Origin: Centroscyllium fabricii
Taxonomy: Eukaryota
Length of the DNA stretch: 64,000 nt
Reading direction: 5' to 3'
NCBI GenBank assembly: GCA_051313645.2
Contig: JBNRSN020000011.1
Coordinates: forward strand, 96,224,001-96,288,000
Below are positions 13,058 to 25,839 of this stretch, one piece after another. The notes beneath the pieces are model-generated. The model was not told where the DNA came from and did no database searches. It was given only the letters and a program-made list of their open reading frames with translations. The position numbers and the translations under genes were made by a program. Within the stretch, counting starts at the first letter, position 1. Every line of letters begins with the position of its first letter.

Positions 13058-14115
13058 TACATAAATACTGTTAAACACAAAGGATAATCATGCAAGTCCC
13101 CAGAACATTCATACATCTATATATTTCCAAAATTCATCTCTGAACTGCTGGCTTCCAGACAACATTTCCTCTTCACCCATATAGCACCTGGGAGTAGGGA
13201 GCAAGTGCAAGGATTGCACTAACCATCTGCACTTTATTTCTTTTGTTTCCATTTAGAATTCAAAACAATTACTTTGCGGAAAAGGTATTCACTTTTCAGT
13301 GGAAAGATCGGGTTGTGTCTTTGCTTATAACAGTAATTACGTTTGTTTTTCCCATACATGACAGCTATGTTATCTGATTTTACTTCAGAAAGCATCCAGC
13401 CAAGAGACAGACAGACAATTACAATACTTGTGTTCGGTTGTATTCAGAATTCCAGTAGGGTTATACTTTTACACTTTTCCCAGTGTTGCGAAAACTCGTC
13501 AAATACCAGGACCAGCCAGTGAGTGCTGCCATGCACCAGGACCCCACCACAGTGCTGCAAACACCAGGACTGCACCCCACATCCCCACACCATGTTGGAA
13601 AACCTCACTACTTCTACCATAATAAGGCTGTCAAACTCCAGGATCCTAGTCCAGTGTTGCCAAAACTGAGTTCTCCTTCTCTCCACCTCAGCTAAATACC
13701 AGATAAATACATTGAACCCACTGCATCTTGCCTACCATATTTTCTTGTGTACCCTGAGCTTTCAAAAATGTAAGAGGTAAAACTGAGCACACAAGTCAAG
13801 GTACATATAATAATCAAGCCAACTTGATTTACAGGTTTCACAGAAAACTGGACAGGGCATTTCAATCCTCAAAGCAGTGGCACAAATCACAGAAATGTCA
13901 AGTAATAAATAAGCAATTTGATATGATCACTATAAATAAGTGGTTCTGGTGATAAATGGCACAACGCCTGTATTATAAAATAACATTTCTCTGGCTCATT
14001 GCAAGCAAGGCCATAGGAGATCTGTTTAAAAAGTCAGAAAGTGTGCAGCTGTCCATCACACTCTGGCATCACACGGATTAGCTGGAAATAAAAAAGTTAC
14101 AACTTGTAACTATCC

Positions 14116-14615
14116 ATTGTCGTTGTCACCTCCAAACGCAAGTAATCCAATGCTCTCCTGACTAGCCCGCATCCACTACCCTCCGTAAACTTCAGCTCGT
14201 CCAAAGCACGGCCACCCGTATCCTAGCTCGCTGTGCCCAGTACCCCAGCCCTTGCTGACCTACAGTGGCTCCCAGTTTCCCAACAGCTCAAATTTAAAAT
14301 CATCCCAATGTTTAAATCTGTTAATGGCTTCACTCCTCCCCCATCTCGAAACCCCCACCCCAAAACACTTCCTTTGAATCTGACCTTTTGTGCATCCGCT
14401 CACTTCACCCCACCTTTGGCAGCTGTTCTGGAATTCCTTCGGCACCGCCACCTCCCCTTCCTCCTCCTTAAAACCATGTCTTTGACCAAGCTTTTGGTCA
14501 CCCTCCCAATAGCGCCTCTTCTGGAGCAGTGTCCCCTTTTTCTGATTACACCTCCATGAATCACCTTGGGGAAATAATTTCTGTTAATATGCGCTATATA
14601 AATGCAAGTTATTGT
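14116..14615 (+). mobile_element. Decayed L2 3' end
   Basis: TPALADLQWLPVSQQLKFKI and GCGCTATATAAATGCAAGTT tail. Confidence 0.75.
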
Positions 14616-16248
14616 TACGATTTAGACTCTCGAAGGTCCACCAAATCTGAACGTCAACCAATCAAATCACAGGAACATACAGGACATGAAACAACCACTT
14701 CAGTGCATCTGGTCAGTCCTTGAATTTAAAAACAGATTACATAGTTCCTTGACCTATATCCCTCAAAATGATTTTCTTGCCAAATGCCTGTTCCTCGCCC
14801 TCTTAAAATTATCAGTGCCATCAGACTGGATAGTTTTCCTGGGATGTCCATTCTATATATTCACCATCTTACTACATGAAAGGGTTATATCACATCTGTC
14901 CATCCACCTTCCATCTGCCAACTTCTGAGGCGCATCCCATGACCATTCATTATCATTTTCAGAGCCATGGTAAACAGTTCCTCAGGGTTCAACTGGTTGA
15001 TATTCTTGAAGATTCTGTCAGTTTTCTAATCACCATTGCAAACAAACTCAATTTCTGTAGTTTCTCCCTGTAGCTCAGATGCCAGATATCAGACACGTAG
15101 CCCTTTGCTGCACTTTTCCCATGATGCCCTTCCTGTAATATGGTGACCAGAACTGCACACAGTACTCCAGATGGGAAGAATCATTACCTTGCATAGGGTA
15201 TCACAGACTGCGATTTGTTCTCTCTCATGATTCTATTGGCCTTATATACTGCAGCTACACAACTACACAGGTGGTTTTATCCGTTGGTCTACCAATACCC
15301 TGAATCCTTTCCTATGCTGTACCCTGTAGGCAAAAACCACTCAGTTTATATAGTGTACTCATTAGAATTCAAAGCCACTTACTTCAAATTATCCGACGCA
15401 GTAAACTTACACTTTGCTGTGTTTATGTTGCTCAAATAAAATGGTTGGATAATTCAAAAATCAATGCAAAAAATTGATGACGTGGACTATATTGCTTATT
15501 CTACTTCCCATATCTGCACATTCTCCCCGTGTCTGCGTGGGCATAAGAAACCTACATATGAAACAATGTTAAACTCCACAAGAAAGACACTGGCAATACA
15601 TGATAAACAGTGCACACTTCCCCATCACGTATTCACACAACTTGCATTTATATAGCACCTTTAACTAGTAAAGCGTCTCGAGGCGCTTCACAAGAGTGTT
15701 ATCAAACAAAGTTTGACACCAAGCCACATGAGGTGGTATTAGAACAGATGACCAAAAGCTTGGTCAAAGAGCTAAGTTTTAAGGAGCATCTTAAAGGAGT
15801 AGAGGCAGAGAGGTTTAGGGTGGGATTTCCAGAGCTCGAGGCCTAGGTAGCTGAAGGAATGGCCGCCAATGGTGGAGTGATTAAAATCAGGGATGCACAG
15901 AGGTCAGAATTGAAGCAGCGTAGAAATCTCAGAATTGTAGGGCTGGTGGAGGTTACAGACAGTGAATGGGAGGGGCAAGGCCATGGAGGGATTTGAAAAC
16001 AAGGATGAGAATTTTAAAAATCGAGTCGCTGCCGCACTGGGACCCAATGTAGGTCAGCGAGCACAGGGGTGATGGGTGAACAGGACTTGGTGCGAGTGAG
16101 GATATGGGCAGCAGAGTTTTGGATGAGCTCCGGTTTATGGAGCATGGAAAAGGGGAGGCGGTGCTGCAGAGCATTGGGATAGTCAAATCGAGAGGTACAA
16201 AGGCATGGATGAGGGGTTCAGCAGGTGAGCTGAGGCAGGGGCATAAAC

Positions 16249-16545
16249 AGGCACGTGAGCAGTGTTGCCTCACAGCACTGGAGACCCGGGTTCAAATCCG
16301 GCCTCGGGTGACTATCTGTGTGGAGTTTGCACATTCTCCCCGTGTCTGTGTGGGTTTCCTCCGGGTGCCCCGGTTTCCTCCCACAATCCAAAGATGTGCG
16401 GGTTAGGTTGATTGGCCATGATAAATTGACCCTTAGTGTTCGGGGGATTAAATACGTGGGGTTACGGGGATAGGGTGGGATATGTGTCGGTGCAGGCTCG
16501 ATGGGACGAAATGGCCTCTATCTGCACTGTAGGGATTCTATGATT
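16249..16545 (+). mobile_element. HE1-like tRNA-derived SINE (V-SINE type)
   Basis: B-box GGTTCAAATCC, core TGTGGAGTTTGCACATTCTCCCCGTGTCTG, CR1-type tail. Confidence 0.85.
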
Positions 16546-16558
16546 ATGGAGGTGGGGG

Positions 16559-16714
16559 CAACGCTCCCTTCTGAGTCACGCAGCTGTCTGCAGGTCCCAC
16601 ACAGCCTGGGGAATAGCTTGTCCAATGTGAAATTTTTCACACGCGCAAAACTTTGAATGAGCCACGCAGCCCGTTAAAGGGGCCGCGCACCCAGAAAAAT
16701 TAGAGGGAACATTG
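16559..16714. mobile_element. hAT-like MITE
   Basis: CAACGCTCCC…GAGGGAACATTG termini with 8-bp TSD GGTGGGGG/GGTGGGAG. Confidence 0.65.
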
Positions 16715-17046
16715 GGTGGGAGTAGGCAGTCTTGGTGATCAACCTTCATTCATTCAAATCATAAGTTATTAGATTTGCAGCTTACCAATCAAGATCAGTA
16801 TGAAAATAACTACTTAGGAACTAACAAGCATTTAACACAAGAACAAAATTAATAATCACCAGTCTGCAAAGTATACAGATGAGCACAGAAGCACAGCCAA
16901 TCAATTCACTCAAAATATTTTTGGGGAAAATGAAATTCATCCAGCAGTTTCCACTTTCAGGCTTCTGACAAAAGCTAAAAATAAATTTTAATACAATAAA
17001 AAGTGTTTTGGTAGTTACACATTTCACATAATTACACTTGCCTTTT

Positions 17047-18085
17047 AGAACATAAGAAATAGGAGCAGGAGTTGGCCGTTCGGCCCCCCAAGCCTGCTCT
17101 GCCATTCAATAAGATCATGGCTGATCTGATCTTGGCCTCAACTCCACTTCCCTGCCCACTCACCATATCCCTCAACTCCCTTATCGTTCCAAAATCTGTC
17201 TGTCTCCACCTTGAATATATTCAATGACTCCGCTTCCACACCTCCCTGGGATAGAGAATTCCACAGATTCACGACCCTCCGAGAAGAAATTCCTCCTCCT
17301 CTCCGTTTTAAATGGATGACCCCTTATTCTGAAACTATGCCCCCTAGTTCTAGATTCCCCCACGAGGGGAAACATCCTCTCTGCATCTACCCTGTCAAGC
17401 CCCCTCAGCATCTTATATGTTTCAATAAGATCACCTCTCATTCTTCTAAACTCCAATGAGTATAGGCCCAACCTGCTCAACCTTTCTTCAAAAGACAACC
17501 CCTTCATCTCCAGAATCAACCCCGTGAACCTTCCCTAAACTGCCTCGAATGCAAGTATATCCCTCCTTAAATAAGGAGGCCAAATCTGTACGCAGTACTC
17601 CAGATGTGGTCTCACCAATACCCTGTACAGTTGTAGCAGGACTACCCTACTTGTATACTCCACTCCCCTTGCAATAAAGGCTAACATCCTATTTGCCTTC
17701 CTAATTACTTGCTGTACCTACATGCTAACTGTGTTTCATGCACAAGGACCCCCAGATCCCTCTGTACTGCAGCATTTTGTAATCTCTCCATTTAAATAAT
17801 AATTTGCTTTTTTATTTTCTGACCAAAGTGGATGATGTCCTATTTTCCCACATTATACTCCATCTGCCAAATTGTTGCCCACTCACTTAGCCCATCTATA
17901 TCCCTTTGCAGATTCTGTGTGTCCTCTTCACAACTTGCTTTCCCACCTATCTTTGTATCAGCAGCAAATTTGCCTACATTATACTTGGTCCCTTCATCCA
18001 AGTCATTAATATTGATTGTAAATAGTTGAGGCCCCAGCACTGATCCCTGTGACACCTCACTAGTTAGTTTGCCAACCAGAAAATG
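17047..18085 (-). mobile_element. CR1 3' kilobase
   Basis: [12 protein letters not shown]…LSRLGLYSLEFRRMRGDLIE and tail. Confidence 0.92.
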
Positions 18086-18299
18086 TCTTTGTCTTGGAAT
18101 ATCCTCACTAATTTTTATTTGGAAGCCCCAGCTTCTCTCGAAAGCCTGGGGTTGATATCCTTCCCAGAACTAGATCACGTTCCTCAGACTAAAACAGTAG
18201 TTACTGTTTATTTTTCCCAATGTGTGCAAAATTAATTAATGGGAAATTGGGCAGGCTGTGTTTGGATGTGCCATTCCTCCTGCCCAATTATCCTTTATA

Positions 18300-19666
18300 C
18301 AGGACAAACAAGATGGCGGCGCGCATAGACGCAGCGGCTTTGCGTCTCCCGAATTTCTAGTGTCCCTGGTTCCTGCACTGTTCCTGGAGAGGACGGCGGG
18401 GTCGGTGGAGTGGAGCACCGGTGCTCCTCAATCGGGGCACCGGTGCTGAACAAGCCGTCGTGGTCGTCGGAGAGCCGTGGGGCCGTCGGGCTCGGTGAAG
18501 CCTTGGGGCCGTCGGGCTCGGAGAAGCCGTGGGGCCGTCGGGCTCGGTGAAGCCGTGGGGCCGTCGGGCTCGGTGAAGCCGTGGGGCCGTCGGGCTCGGT
18601 GAAGCCGTGGGGCTCGGTGAAGCCGTGGGGCCCGGTGGGGCTCGGTGGGGGCCGTGGGGCCCGGTGGGGCCGTGGGGCCCGGTGGGGCTCGGTGGGGCCG
18701 GGTGGGGCTCGGTGGGGCCGGGTGGGGCTCGGTGGGGCCGGGTGGGGCTCGGTGGGGCCGGGTGGGGCTCGGTGGGGCCGGGTGGGGCCGGGTGGGGCTC
18801 GGTGGGGCCCGGTGGCGCCGTGGGGCCCGGTGGCGCCGTGGGGCCCGGTGAAGCCGTGGGGCCCGGTGGCGCCGTGGGGCCCGGTGGCGCCGTGGGGCCC
18901 GGTGAAGCCGTGGGGCCCGGTGAAGCCGTGGGGCCCGGTGAAGCCGTGGGGCCCGGTGAAGCCGTGGGGCCCGGTGAAGCCGTGGGGCCCGGTGAAGCCG
19001 TGGGGCCCGGTGAAGCCGTGGGGCCCGGTGAAGCCGTGGGGCCCGGTGAAGCCGTGGGGCCCGGTGAAGCCGTGGGGCTCGGTGAAGCCGTGGGGCTCGG
19101 TGAAGCCGTGGGGCTCGGTGAAGCCGTGGGGCTCGGTGAAGCCGTGGGGCTCGGTGAAGCCGTGGGGCCGTCGGGCTCGGTGAAGCCGTGGGGCCGTCGG
19201 GCTCGGTGAAGCCGTGGGGCCGTTGGGCTCGGTGAAGCCGTGGGGCCGTTGGGCTCGGTGAAGCCGTGGGGCCCGGTGAAGCCGTGGGGCCCGGTGAAGC
19301 CGTGGGGCCCGGTGAAGCCGTGGGGCCCGGTGAAGCCGTGGGGCCCGGTGAAGCCGTGGGGCCCGGTGAAGCCGTGGGGCCGTCGGGCTCGGAGAGCCGT
19401 GGGGCTCGGTGAAGCCGTGGGGCTCGGTGAGCCGTGGGGCCGTTGGGCTCGGAGAGCTGTGGGGCCGGGAGCTGCGAGGCCGTCGTGGCTGGAGCGCCAG
19501 GGCCTGCGTGGCCGGCACCGGGCGCATCGTGGCTGCAGCGCCTGGTGGGATGGAATGGATCAGACTGGGACCAAGGACATTTAATAATTTGGGAGATTGC
19601 ATGTTTGCATTTCGTTGTTTTGTGTATGTTCACTTTACAATGACAATAAATTGAATCTTATCTTAT
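18300..19666 (+). mobile_element. Non-autonomous retroelement dominated by an 18/27-bp GC-rich minisatellite (about 18472-19460)
   Basis: Starts CAAGATGGCGGC, ends GCATTTCGTTGT…TGACAATAAATTGAATCTTATCTTA; units GGTGAAGCCGTGGGGCYC. Confidence 0.6.
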
Positions 19667-19876
19667 GTGCTCCACCCATGCGATGCTTTACACCCAAGTG
19701 CTAAAGAGGCTTAACCTACAGCCTGAAAATAATGAGCAATTACAAAGTTCTCTGATCAAAATAACTCAAATCTCAGTTCACTTAACAACTGAACTTTGTA
19801 GCCTTAACAGGACACCTTAGCAGAATAAAGCATTGTTTTTACATGGTACAGGTACAATACTTCAAGCTCATGGTCT

Positions 19877-20530
19877 ACAGAGCACCAAGCTCAGGGTCTA
19901 CAGAGCAGCAGTGATACCCGCCCTGCTGTATGCCTCAGAAACATGGACAGCAGGCACCTCAAAGCACTGGAGCGGTACCACCAACGCTGCCTCTGCAAGA
20001 TCCTACAAATCCATGGGCAGGATAGGCGCACCAACGTCAGTGTTCTTGTTCAGGCCAACATCCCCAGCATTGAAGCTTTGACCACGCTCAATCAGCTCTG
20101 ATGGACGGGTCACATTGTCCGCATGCCCGATACGAGACTCCCAAAACAAGCGCTCTACTCGGAGCTCTGGCACAGCAAGAGAGCCCCAGGTGGGCAGAGG
20201 AAACGCTGCAAGGACACCCTCAAAGCCTCCTTGAAAAAGTGTAACATCCCGACCGACACCTGGGAGTCCCTGGCCAAAGACCGCACAAAGTGGAGGAGAA
20301 GCATCCGGAAAGGCGGCGAACGCCTCGAGTCTCTTCGCCGGGAGCAAGCCGAAGCCAAGCCAAGCAGCGCAAGGAGCGCACGTCAATCCAAGCACCCCAC
20401 CCACCCGTTCAACCACCGTCTGCCCCACCTGTGACAGAGACTGCAGGTCCTGCATTGGACTCATCAGCCACCTGCAAACTCATTTTTAGTCATCCTCGAT
20501 TCCAAGGGACTGCCTAAGAAGACGACGACA
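19877..20530 (+). mobile_element. RTE (BovB-like) LINE 3' end
   Basis: TKLRVYRAAVIPALLYASETWT, RLPKQALYSEL…GGQRKR.KDTLKASLK; AAG/ACG tail. Confidence 0.88.
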
Positions 20531-20570
20531 ATAATCCTGTCCTTATATAACAGTGTATCATTCAACTTAC

Positions 20571-20603
20571 GGCAAGTAATGCCACAGAAGATTGCCCAAT
20601 TAT
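20571..20603 (-). CDS. EFCAB14: Candidate 33-nt in-frame micro-exon of EFCAB14 (IIGQSSVALLA)
   Basis: Acceptor CTTTTTTTCTATAG, donor GTAAGT, phase 0-0, no stop; no homology support. Confidence 0.4.
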
Positions 20604-21019
20604 CTATAGAAAAAAAGACTTGCATCTCGCACATGTCCATTACGCACAAGACATCACAAAGTGTCAGAATATTAAAGAGACAGTCAGTTTTTACTGAGAT
20701 CAATTACATGTTTACTTCCCTAAGAAAAGAAATCAGACTGTCCCGGAGCTGGAAATCAACAATCACCTGGCAATCTGCAAACTCCTCTCACTAAACACAA
20801 ATAACCTCTAATTAACCCAAGGAGACCCCCCGCCCCACAGGAGTAGCCTAATTAGTGACCTTAAAGAAAAGGCCAGATAGCATTAAACATCACAAATGTG
20901 CTCCAGACCCAGACTGTGAGTAATACAATGGGAGATTGCCCTATATTCTATAATAACACTAAAGAGCAAATTAAATTGAGACACACAAACACCCAAAAGG
21001 AATTTATTGTGTTACTTAC

Positions 21020-21103
21020 ATTTAGTCCTGAAGATTTCTGTGTTTTGACAGCAATTGGATGATCTGAACTGACTATTTCCTGAGAGCTATTCACCTGAGC
21101 AAC
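21020..21103 (-). CDS. EFCAB14: EFCAB14 exon (approximately human exon 8): VAQVNSSQEIVSSDHPIAVKTQKSSGLN
   Basis: TTGCAG acceptor, GTAAGT donor, 84 nt, phase 0-0, position after the 192-nt exon; sequence similarity weak. Confidence 0.7.
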
Positions 21104-21357
21104 CTGCAATTTACAAAAAAGGCTCATTAAAGCTTGAGCCAACAGTGTAGAGAATGAACAGTGACAAAGTCATTGTATGCCCAGTAAAAGATTATCTAGT
21201 GTGTAAGGCTGCCTTGCAGCTAGAGTAACTGATCACATCAATTTAACTGCATTAGCAACAATCTACTCCCCACTGTTAACTTACCCATAGTTTCAAAAAG
21301 CATTGGCTGGGCAAAACAGAAGACGGTGAGTGCGAGTTTTCTTTCAAAAACTAGATA

Positions 21358-21617
21358 CAGGTCCGACACCGTTAATACGGCACCGTTGGGACCAGACCAG
21401 ACTAGTGAAAAATCAGAACGACTGAAGCTTTGGCGAGCTCATGCGCAGACCATTCAGAAATGGCCGCCGCGCATACCGGCGGCTAAATTGAATCGTTTGC
21501 GCATGCGCAGATGTGCGGTGGCCATTTTGAATGGTCTGCGCATGCGCAGACCAGTCGGGGAGGGGCCTGGATTCCTGCCGGACGACTGAAGTTTCCGGAT
21601 TAACGGTGCCGGACCTG
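21358..21617. mobile_element. Tigger-like NRF1-motif MITE, copy 1 (short)
   Basis: TA|CAGGTCCGACACCGTTAAT…ATTAACGGTGCCGGACCTG|TA; GCGCATGCGC motifs. Confidence 0.85.
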
Positions 21618-21664
21618 TATTTAAAAAAATTCCAGGCATGGTCACCATCCTTCACAATTTGTAA

Positions 21665-22230
21665 GAAAGTGCATCTGCCACAGATATTCATTCATGCCTT
21701 CATCTCCAGACTAAATTACTCCAATGTTCGCATCAATGTAGCCAGCCACTCATCCTCCACCTTCCATAAATAACAGCTCATCCAAAACCCCACTGTTCGT
21801 ATCCTACAGCACACCAAGCATTCTCGCTCCTGTCCTCACTGACCTACATTGGGTCCCCGATGCATTAAGTTTAAAATTCTCTTTAAAAATAAAAAATAAA
21901 TAAATAAAAAAATCGCCTCCAAGATCTCACCTCTCCCCATCTCTAACCTCCTCCAGCCCTACAATCCCCCACATCCTATTCACCTGACTCCAGACTCTTG
22001 CGCATCACCCCTCCATTTACCTCATCATTGGCAGCAATGCCTTCAGTCACCCAGGTCCCACTCTCTGAAATTCCCTCCACCTTTTTAAGCCTCTCGTCTT
22101 TGACCAAGCCCTTTGTCACACCTCCTACTGATGCTCCTTTGGCTTAGCATCAGTTTCCTTTATGCTGCTGAAGCATCTTGGGACATTTTGCCATGTCAAA
22201 GGTATTATATACTATAAATGCAAGATGTTG
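21665..22230 (+). mobile_element. Decayed L2 3' end
   Basis: IHAFISRLNYSN and TATAAATGCAAG tail. Confidence 0.7.
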
Positions 22231-23713
22231 TCCATAAAAACTGGCACAGCTGGGGATGTTAAAATGCAATTTAAATTTAGACAATTCCATTCTAGGCTTC
22301 CATATATTTCAAATAAGAGACTCAAGAAAAATACTACCAACTTGGAGAGAAAACACCAATAACCTTTAATTATTTTTAGCCCATGAACAGTACCCACAGG
22401 AATTCAACTTTCTTCTTTATGTAGAGTCTTTAATAAGATAGAATTTTGTGGTAACAGACTGGCTAGAAATCACCTTAAAAGGAGTCAGTTCTCAGATAAA
22501 TTAAATCAGAAAACAATGCGAAAGAAGTGATTCTTCCTTTCATTCTGACTCATGAAATGAAACGAAACAAAATAAAAATAATTCCAATCTACCTACTCTG
22601 ATTGTTTCAGATGCTGGTCAAGCCGTGAGGTAGTCAAATGTCCTCAATATCAGTCTTGTACACTTGGCATCAAATTAGCACTCAGGCTCCCTAAATTAAA
22701 ACATTTCATTTGAGCCAGTGGCTTTCCAGTGCATGCTACTTCGAATCAGATATCCTTCTTTAAACAAAAGATCTTTGAGAGTTGGATATACTGAACAAAG
22801 GCATTTCAAAACACTGCACAACTTCAAGCAGAAAGCTACACTCTTGTCATACAAGCTGCCATGAAGTTACTGAATGGTTGATGATAAAGATGTTTTGTTG
22901 GGAGCATGTATAGTAAGCTTTAACTTGCAACTAATCTGGGCAATGTGACCGGAATTAATTTGGTGTTAGCATCTGTTGCAAAAAAAAAAATGGAAAGATT
23001 TCCAATTCCTAGCTGCAGCAATCCTTATCTTGATGTTTACAAATTTAGCACAAAATAATTAAGGTACTCATACTGTTTGAGCAAAATAATTGCATCTACA
23101 ACATGAAATTCAAGTCAAATTGCCCCAAGAACCGAATGTACCCAAGCTCTCTAGTTGTTACGTTATTTATGCCCTACATCTGGTCTGCAGACAAATTTTA
23201 TAATCTATTCTCTATCTGGAAGTAGTTCTGTGACACTGCAGAAAAATAACCACCGGAGTTAGTTTGCATTACTACAATTTTACATTTATATGCTATTTAA
23301 AAAAAATCAAACCACACTGTTTTTTCTAAATCAAGTAAGATGCGAGAGTGATGGCCCAACAAGACACAAACAGGCAATATTATGAAAATAAATGGATTTG
23401 GCAAGTCCCCCTCCAACATATCATTGAAAAGGCCCCATCACAGCCCGACCAATTCTGGAGAGGTCTCCCATCACCAATTACCCGATAGGAAGCCAAAACA
23501 AAGAACAACTTCTTGAGGCAGTAATCCAATCTTGTGGATTGTTTATTTGATGAACAAACTCCACAATCGTTGGTTCTTGAGTTTGATTTGTCATTCACTG
23601 ACAGTTATCCATCAGTCATTAAAGATGATGGGTCCAGAATAAAGAAAGCTTTATTTTCCTCCATTTTTATATATTAATTCCCTCATTTTTACATATTTCT
23701 AATTTTTGTAATA

Positions 23714-24363
23714 CAGGTTGTGCACTGTTAATTCGGCACGGGTGGGACTAGGCCTGCGCCGGTATACCGAAAAAAACGGGTGAATGAAGCCGGCCAGTGC
23801 GTGTGCACCATTCTAAATGGCCGCGCGCATGCGCACAACATTGCAAGTGGCCACCGAAGGTGTGAATGATCTGCGCATGTGCAGATCATGCGAAATGGCC
23901 GCCCCGAAGTTGTACCCTCGATGTCGGGCATCTACTCCTCATCAGACAGGTCGGAGAAGGCCTCCTCCTTCTCCTCGTCTCCCAGCGACTCCGAGGCGCC
24001 GGAGCTCTCAGCCTCCCGAGTCCGAGTCGCTGTTAAAACCGCTGCTGCCTTCCATGGGGGCGGCGTCTCCTGAAGCCATCGGGACGATGAATGTTAATGT
24101 GCCGGGATCAAAGGCTGGAGTGAGCTCTCGCCTGCCTGTCTGCTCACCCCGACTGCCCTGCGCATGCGTAAAATGGCCGCCGATCGAGGCTTCGGCGAAT
24201 GACCTGCACATGTGCTCGCCGTTCGACGGCGCATGCGCAGATCATTCGCCGAAGCCTCGACCGCAGCGGCCATTTTGCGCATGCGCAGGGCAGTCGGGGC
24301 GATTTGTGCCGGACAACTGAAGTTGCCGGCTTTTCGGTTGCCTGATTAACGGTGCTCAACCTG
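23714..24363. mobile_element. Tigger-like NRF1-motif MITE, copy 2, with acidic coding-like cargo
   Basis: TA|CAGGTTGTGCACTGTTAAT…ATTAACGGTGCTCAACCTG|TA. Confidence 0.9.
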
Positions 24364-24470
24364 TACATACATTCTTGCATTCAAAAGGCACAGAGTTCTA
24401 ATAGTCCACAGTACGAATTATCTTAACCGCCAGCTCTCATTATTCTGAATTCAAAAATGGTTACACTTAC

Positions 24471-24662
24471 CACAGTGCCATTTACACTCTCGAGTTTAGT
24501 TGCATTACTGGCAATTAGTAAATTGCCCTCCAGTAACGTAACTCTCTGGCTGAGATTACTAACGACTAAATCTATGTGATGCAGCTTTTGGTCATTGTGT
24601 GTATGGTAAAACATGAGGGTGGAATTCACCTCATCTACTTCATCATGCAGGTCCAAGGTGTC
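24471..24662 (-). CDS. EFCAB14: EFCAB14 exon (approximately human exon 7)
   Basis: DTLDLHDEVDEVNSTLMFY…VSNLSQRVTLLEG matches recalled human DILYLHNSLEEVNSAL…VSNLTQRVNLIES; AG/GT ends, 192 nt. Confidence 0.92.
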
Positions 24663-25323
24663 CTGAAACATAAAAAGAAATGTGATCAAAGACTTAGTTG
24701 AACAGCATACTGAAAAATCTATTGCTTTAACCATGTTTTAATTCAGCTAAAGTCTACATTTTGTAGCTTGGCCACACTTATTTGAAACCATCACTGTGAG
24801 ATTTGCCTTGAGAACTTATTTGCTTCAGGAGAATGGGAGAGAACTTCAGGTACTGCACTTCTATTTGCCATAGGTGAAAATAATGATTAACTTAACGATG
24901 AATCATCTTTTTCAGGCTGTTCCTCAGTTTTTCTACTCTGTAAATAATTTGTAAGCAATGCAAGGAAAGTGAGAAACTTGAATAATCATTCCAAAATACT
25001 ATTATTTATTTTATTATACTGTCTCATCTCGATCGGTCTACCCAGGTTTGCTATTTGCCTCTTCAAAAGCATGAAGCACCTTTTTCATCCTCTGTGCCTG
25101 TGGGTAATGCAGCATTCATTAGGCCCAATTTTTGTCCACATTGTCCATTTATTATTTCACAACAAAAGTTTAGTTTAAAAAAAAGCCAACTTCAAAATGT
25201 TCTAGAAGTGCCACCTACAGGCCAAGATTTGTTTCATGTGAATAAATGACAGTGAACCTGATTGAAGAGCTAATTCAGCCTATGATTTGAGGCAAAAGGA
25301 AGTTAGAAAGGCTCAAGGGATTA

Positions 25324-25688
25324 ACATAGAAACATACAAGATAGGAGCAGGAGTAGGCCATTCGGCCCTTCGAGCCTGCTCCGCCATTCAATGAGATAAT
25401 GGCTGATCATCCAAACTCAGCACCCCGCCCCTGCCCCCTCCCCATATCCCTATCGAACCTGCACCGACACATATCCCACCCTATCCCCGTAACCCCACAT
25501 AATCAATCCCCCTAACACTAAGGGTCAATTTATCCTGGCCAATCAACCTAACCCGCACATCTTTGGACTGTGGGAGGAAACCGGAGCACCCGGAGGAAAC
25601 CCACGCAGACACGGGGAGAATGTGCAAACTCCACACAGATAGTCCCCCGAGGCTGGATTTGAACCCGGGTCTCCAGAGCTGTGAGGTC
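25324..25688 (-). mobile_element. HE1-like SINE, 5'-truncated
   Basis: Same core as 16249-16545 with CR1-type tail. Confidence 0.88.
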
Positions 25689-25839
25689 AACAAAGATTGG
25701 TCAACTTTAAACTTAAATTACCCTAATATTTCCACACTGGTAATGAAAGGCATTCTTCTATTATGGCAAAAAGTGCAATCAATGCTGTAACTTCTGGTAC
25801 TATACTTCTATTTGCAACACTGACTTGGAAGACACATTA

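Larger units (their letters stand above)
15637..16740 (-). mobile_element. L2 3' region, interrupted by a SINE and a hAT MITE
   Basis: Homologous to 2197-2797; FKILILVFKSLHGLAPP. Confidence 0.8.

Noticed and set aside
13480-13670. Degenerate CAGTGYTGC…CCAGGA repeats
   Set aside because: Too decayed to assign; probably an old transposon remnant.
14990-15175. YREKLQKL on the minus strand as EFCAB14 exon 9
   Set aside because: Context matches decayed CR1 (SYEERLEKLGLF; LEYCVQFWSP).
18295-19633. Long collagen-like/Pro-rich ORFs (GPHGFT repeats)
   Set aside because: Open in several frames on both strands because of an 18-bp GC-rich minisatellite; no splice or homology support.
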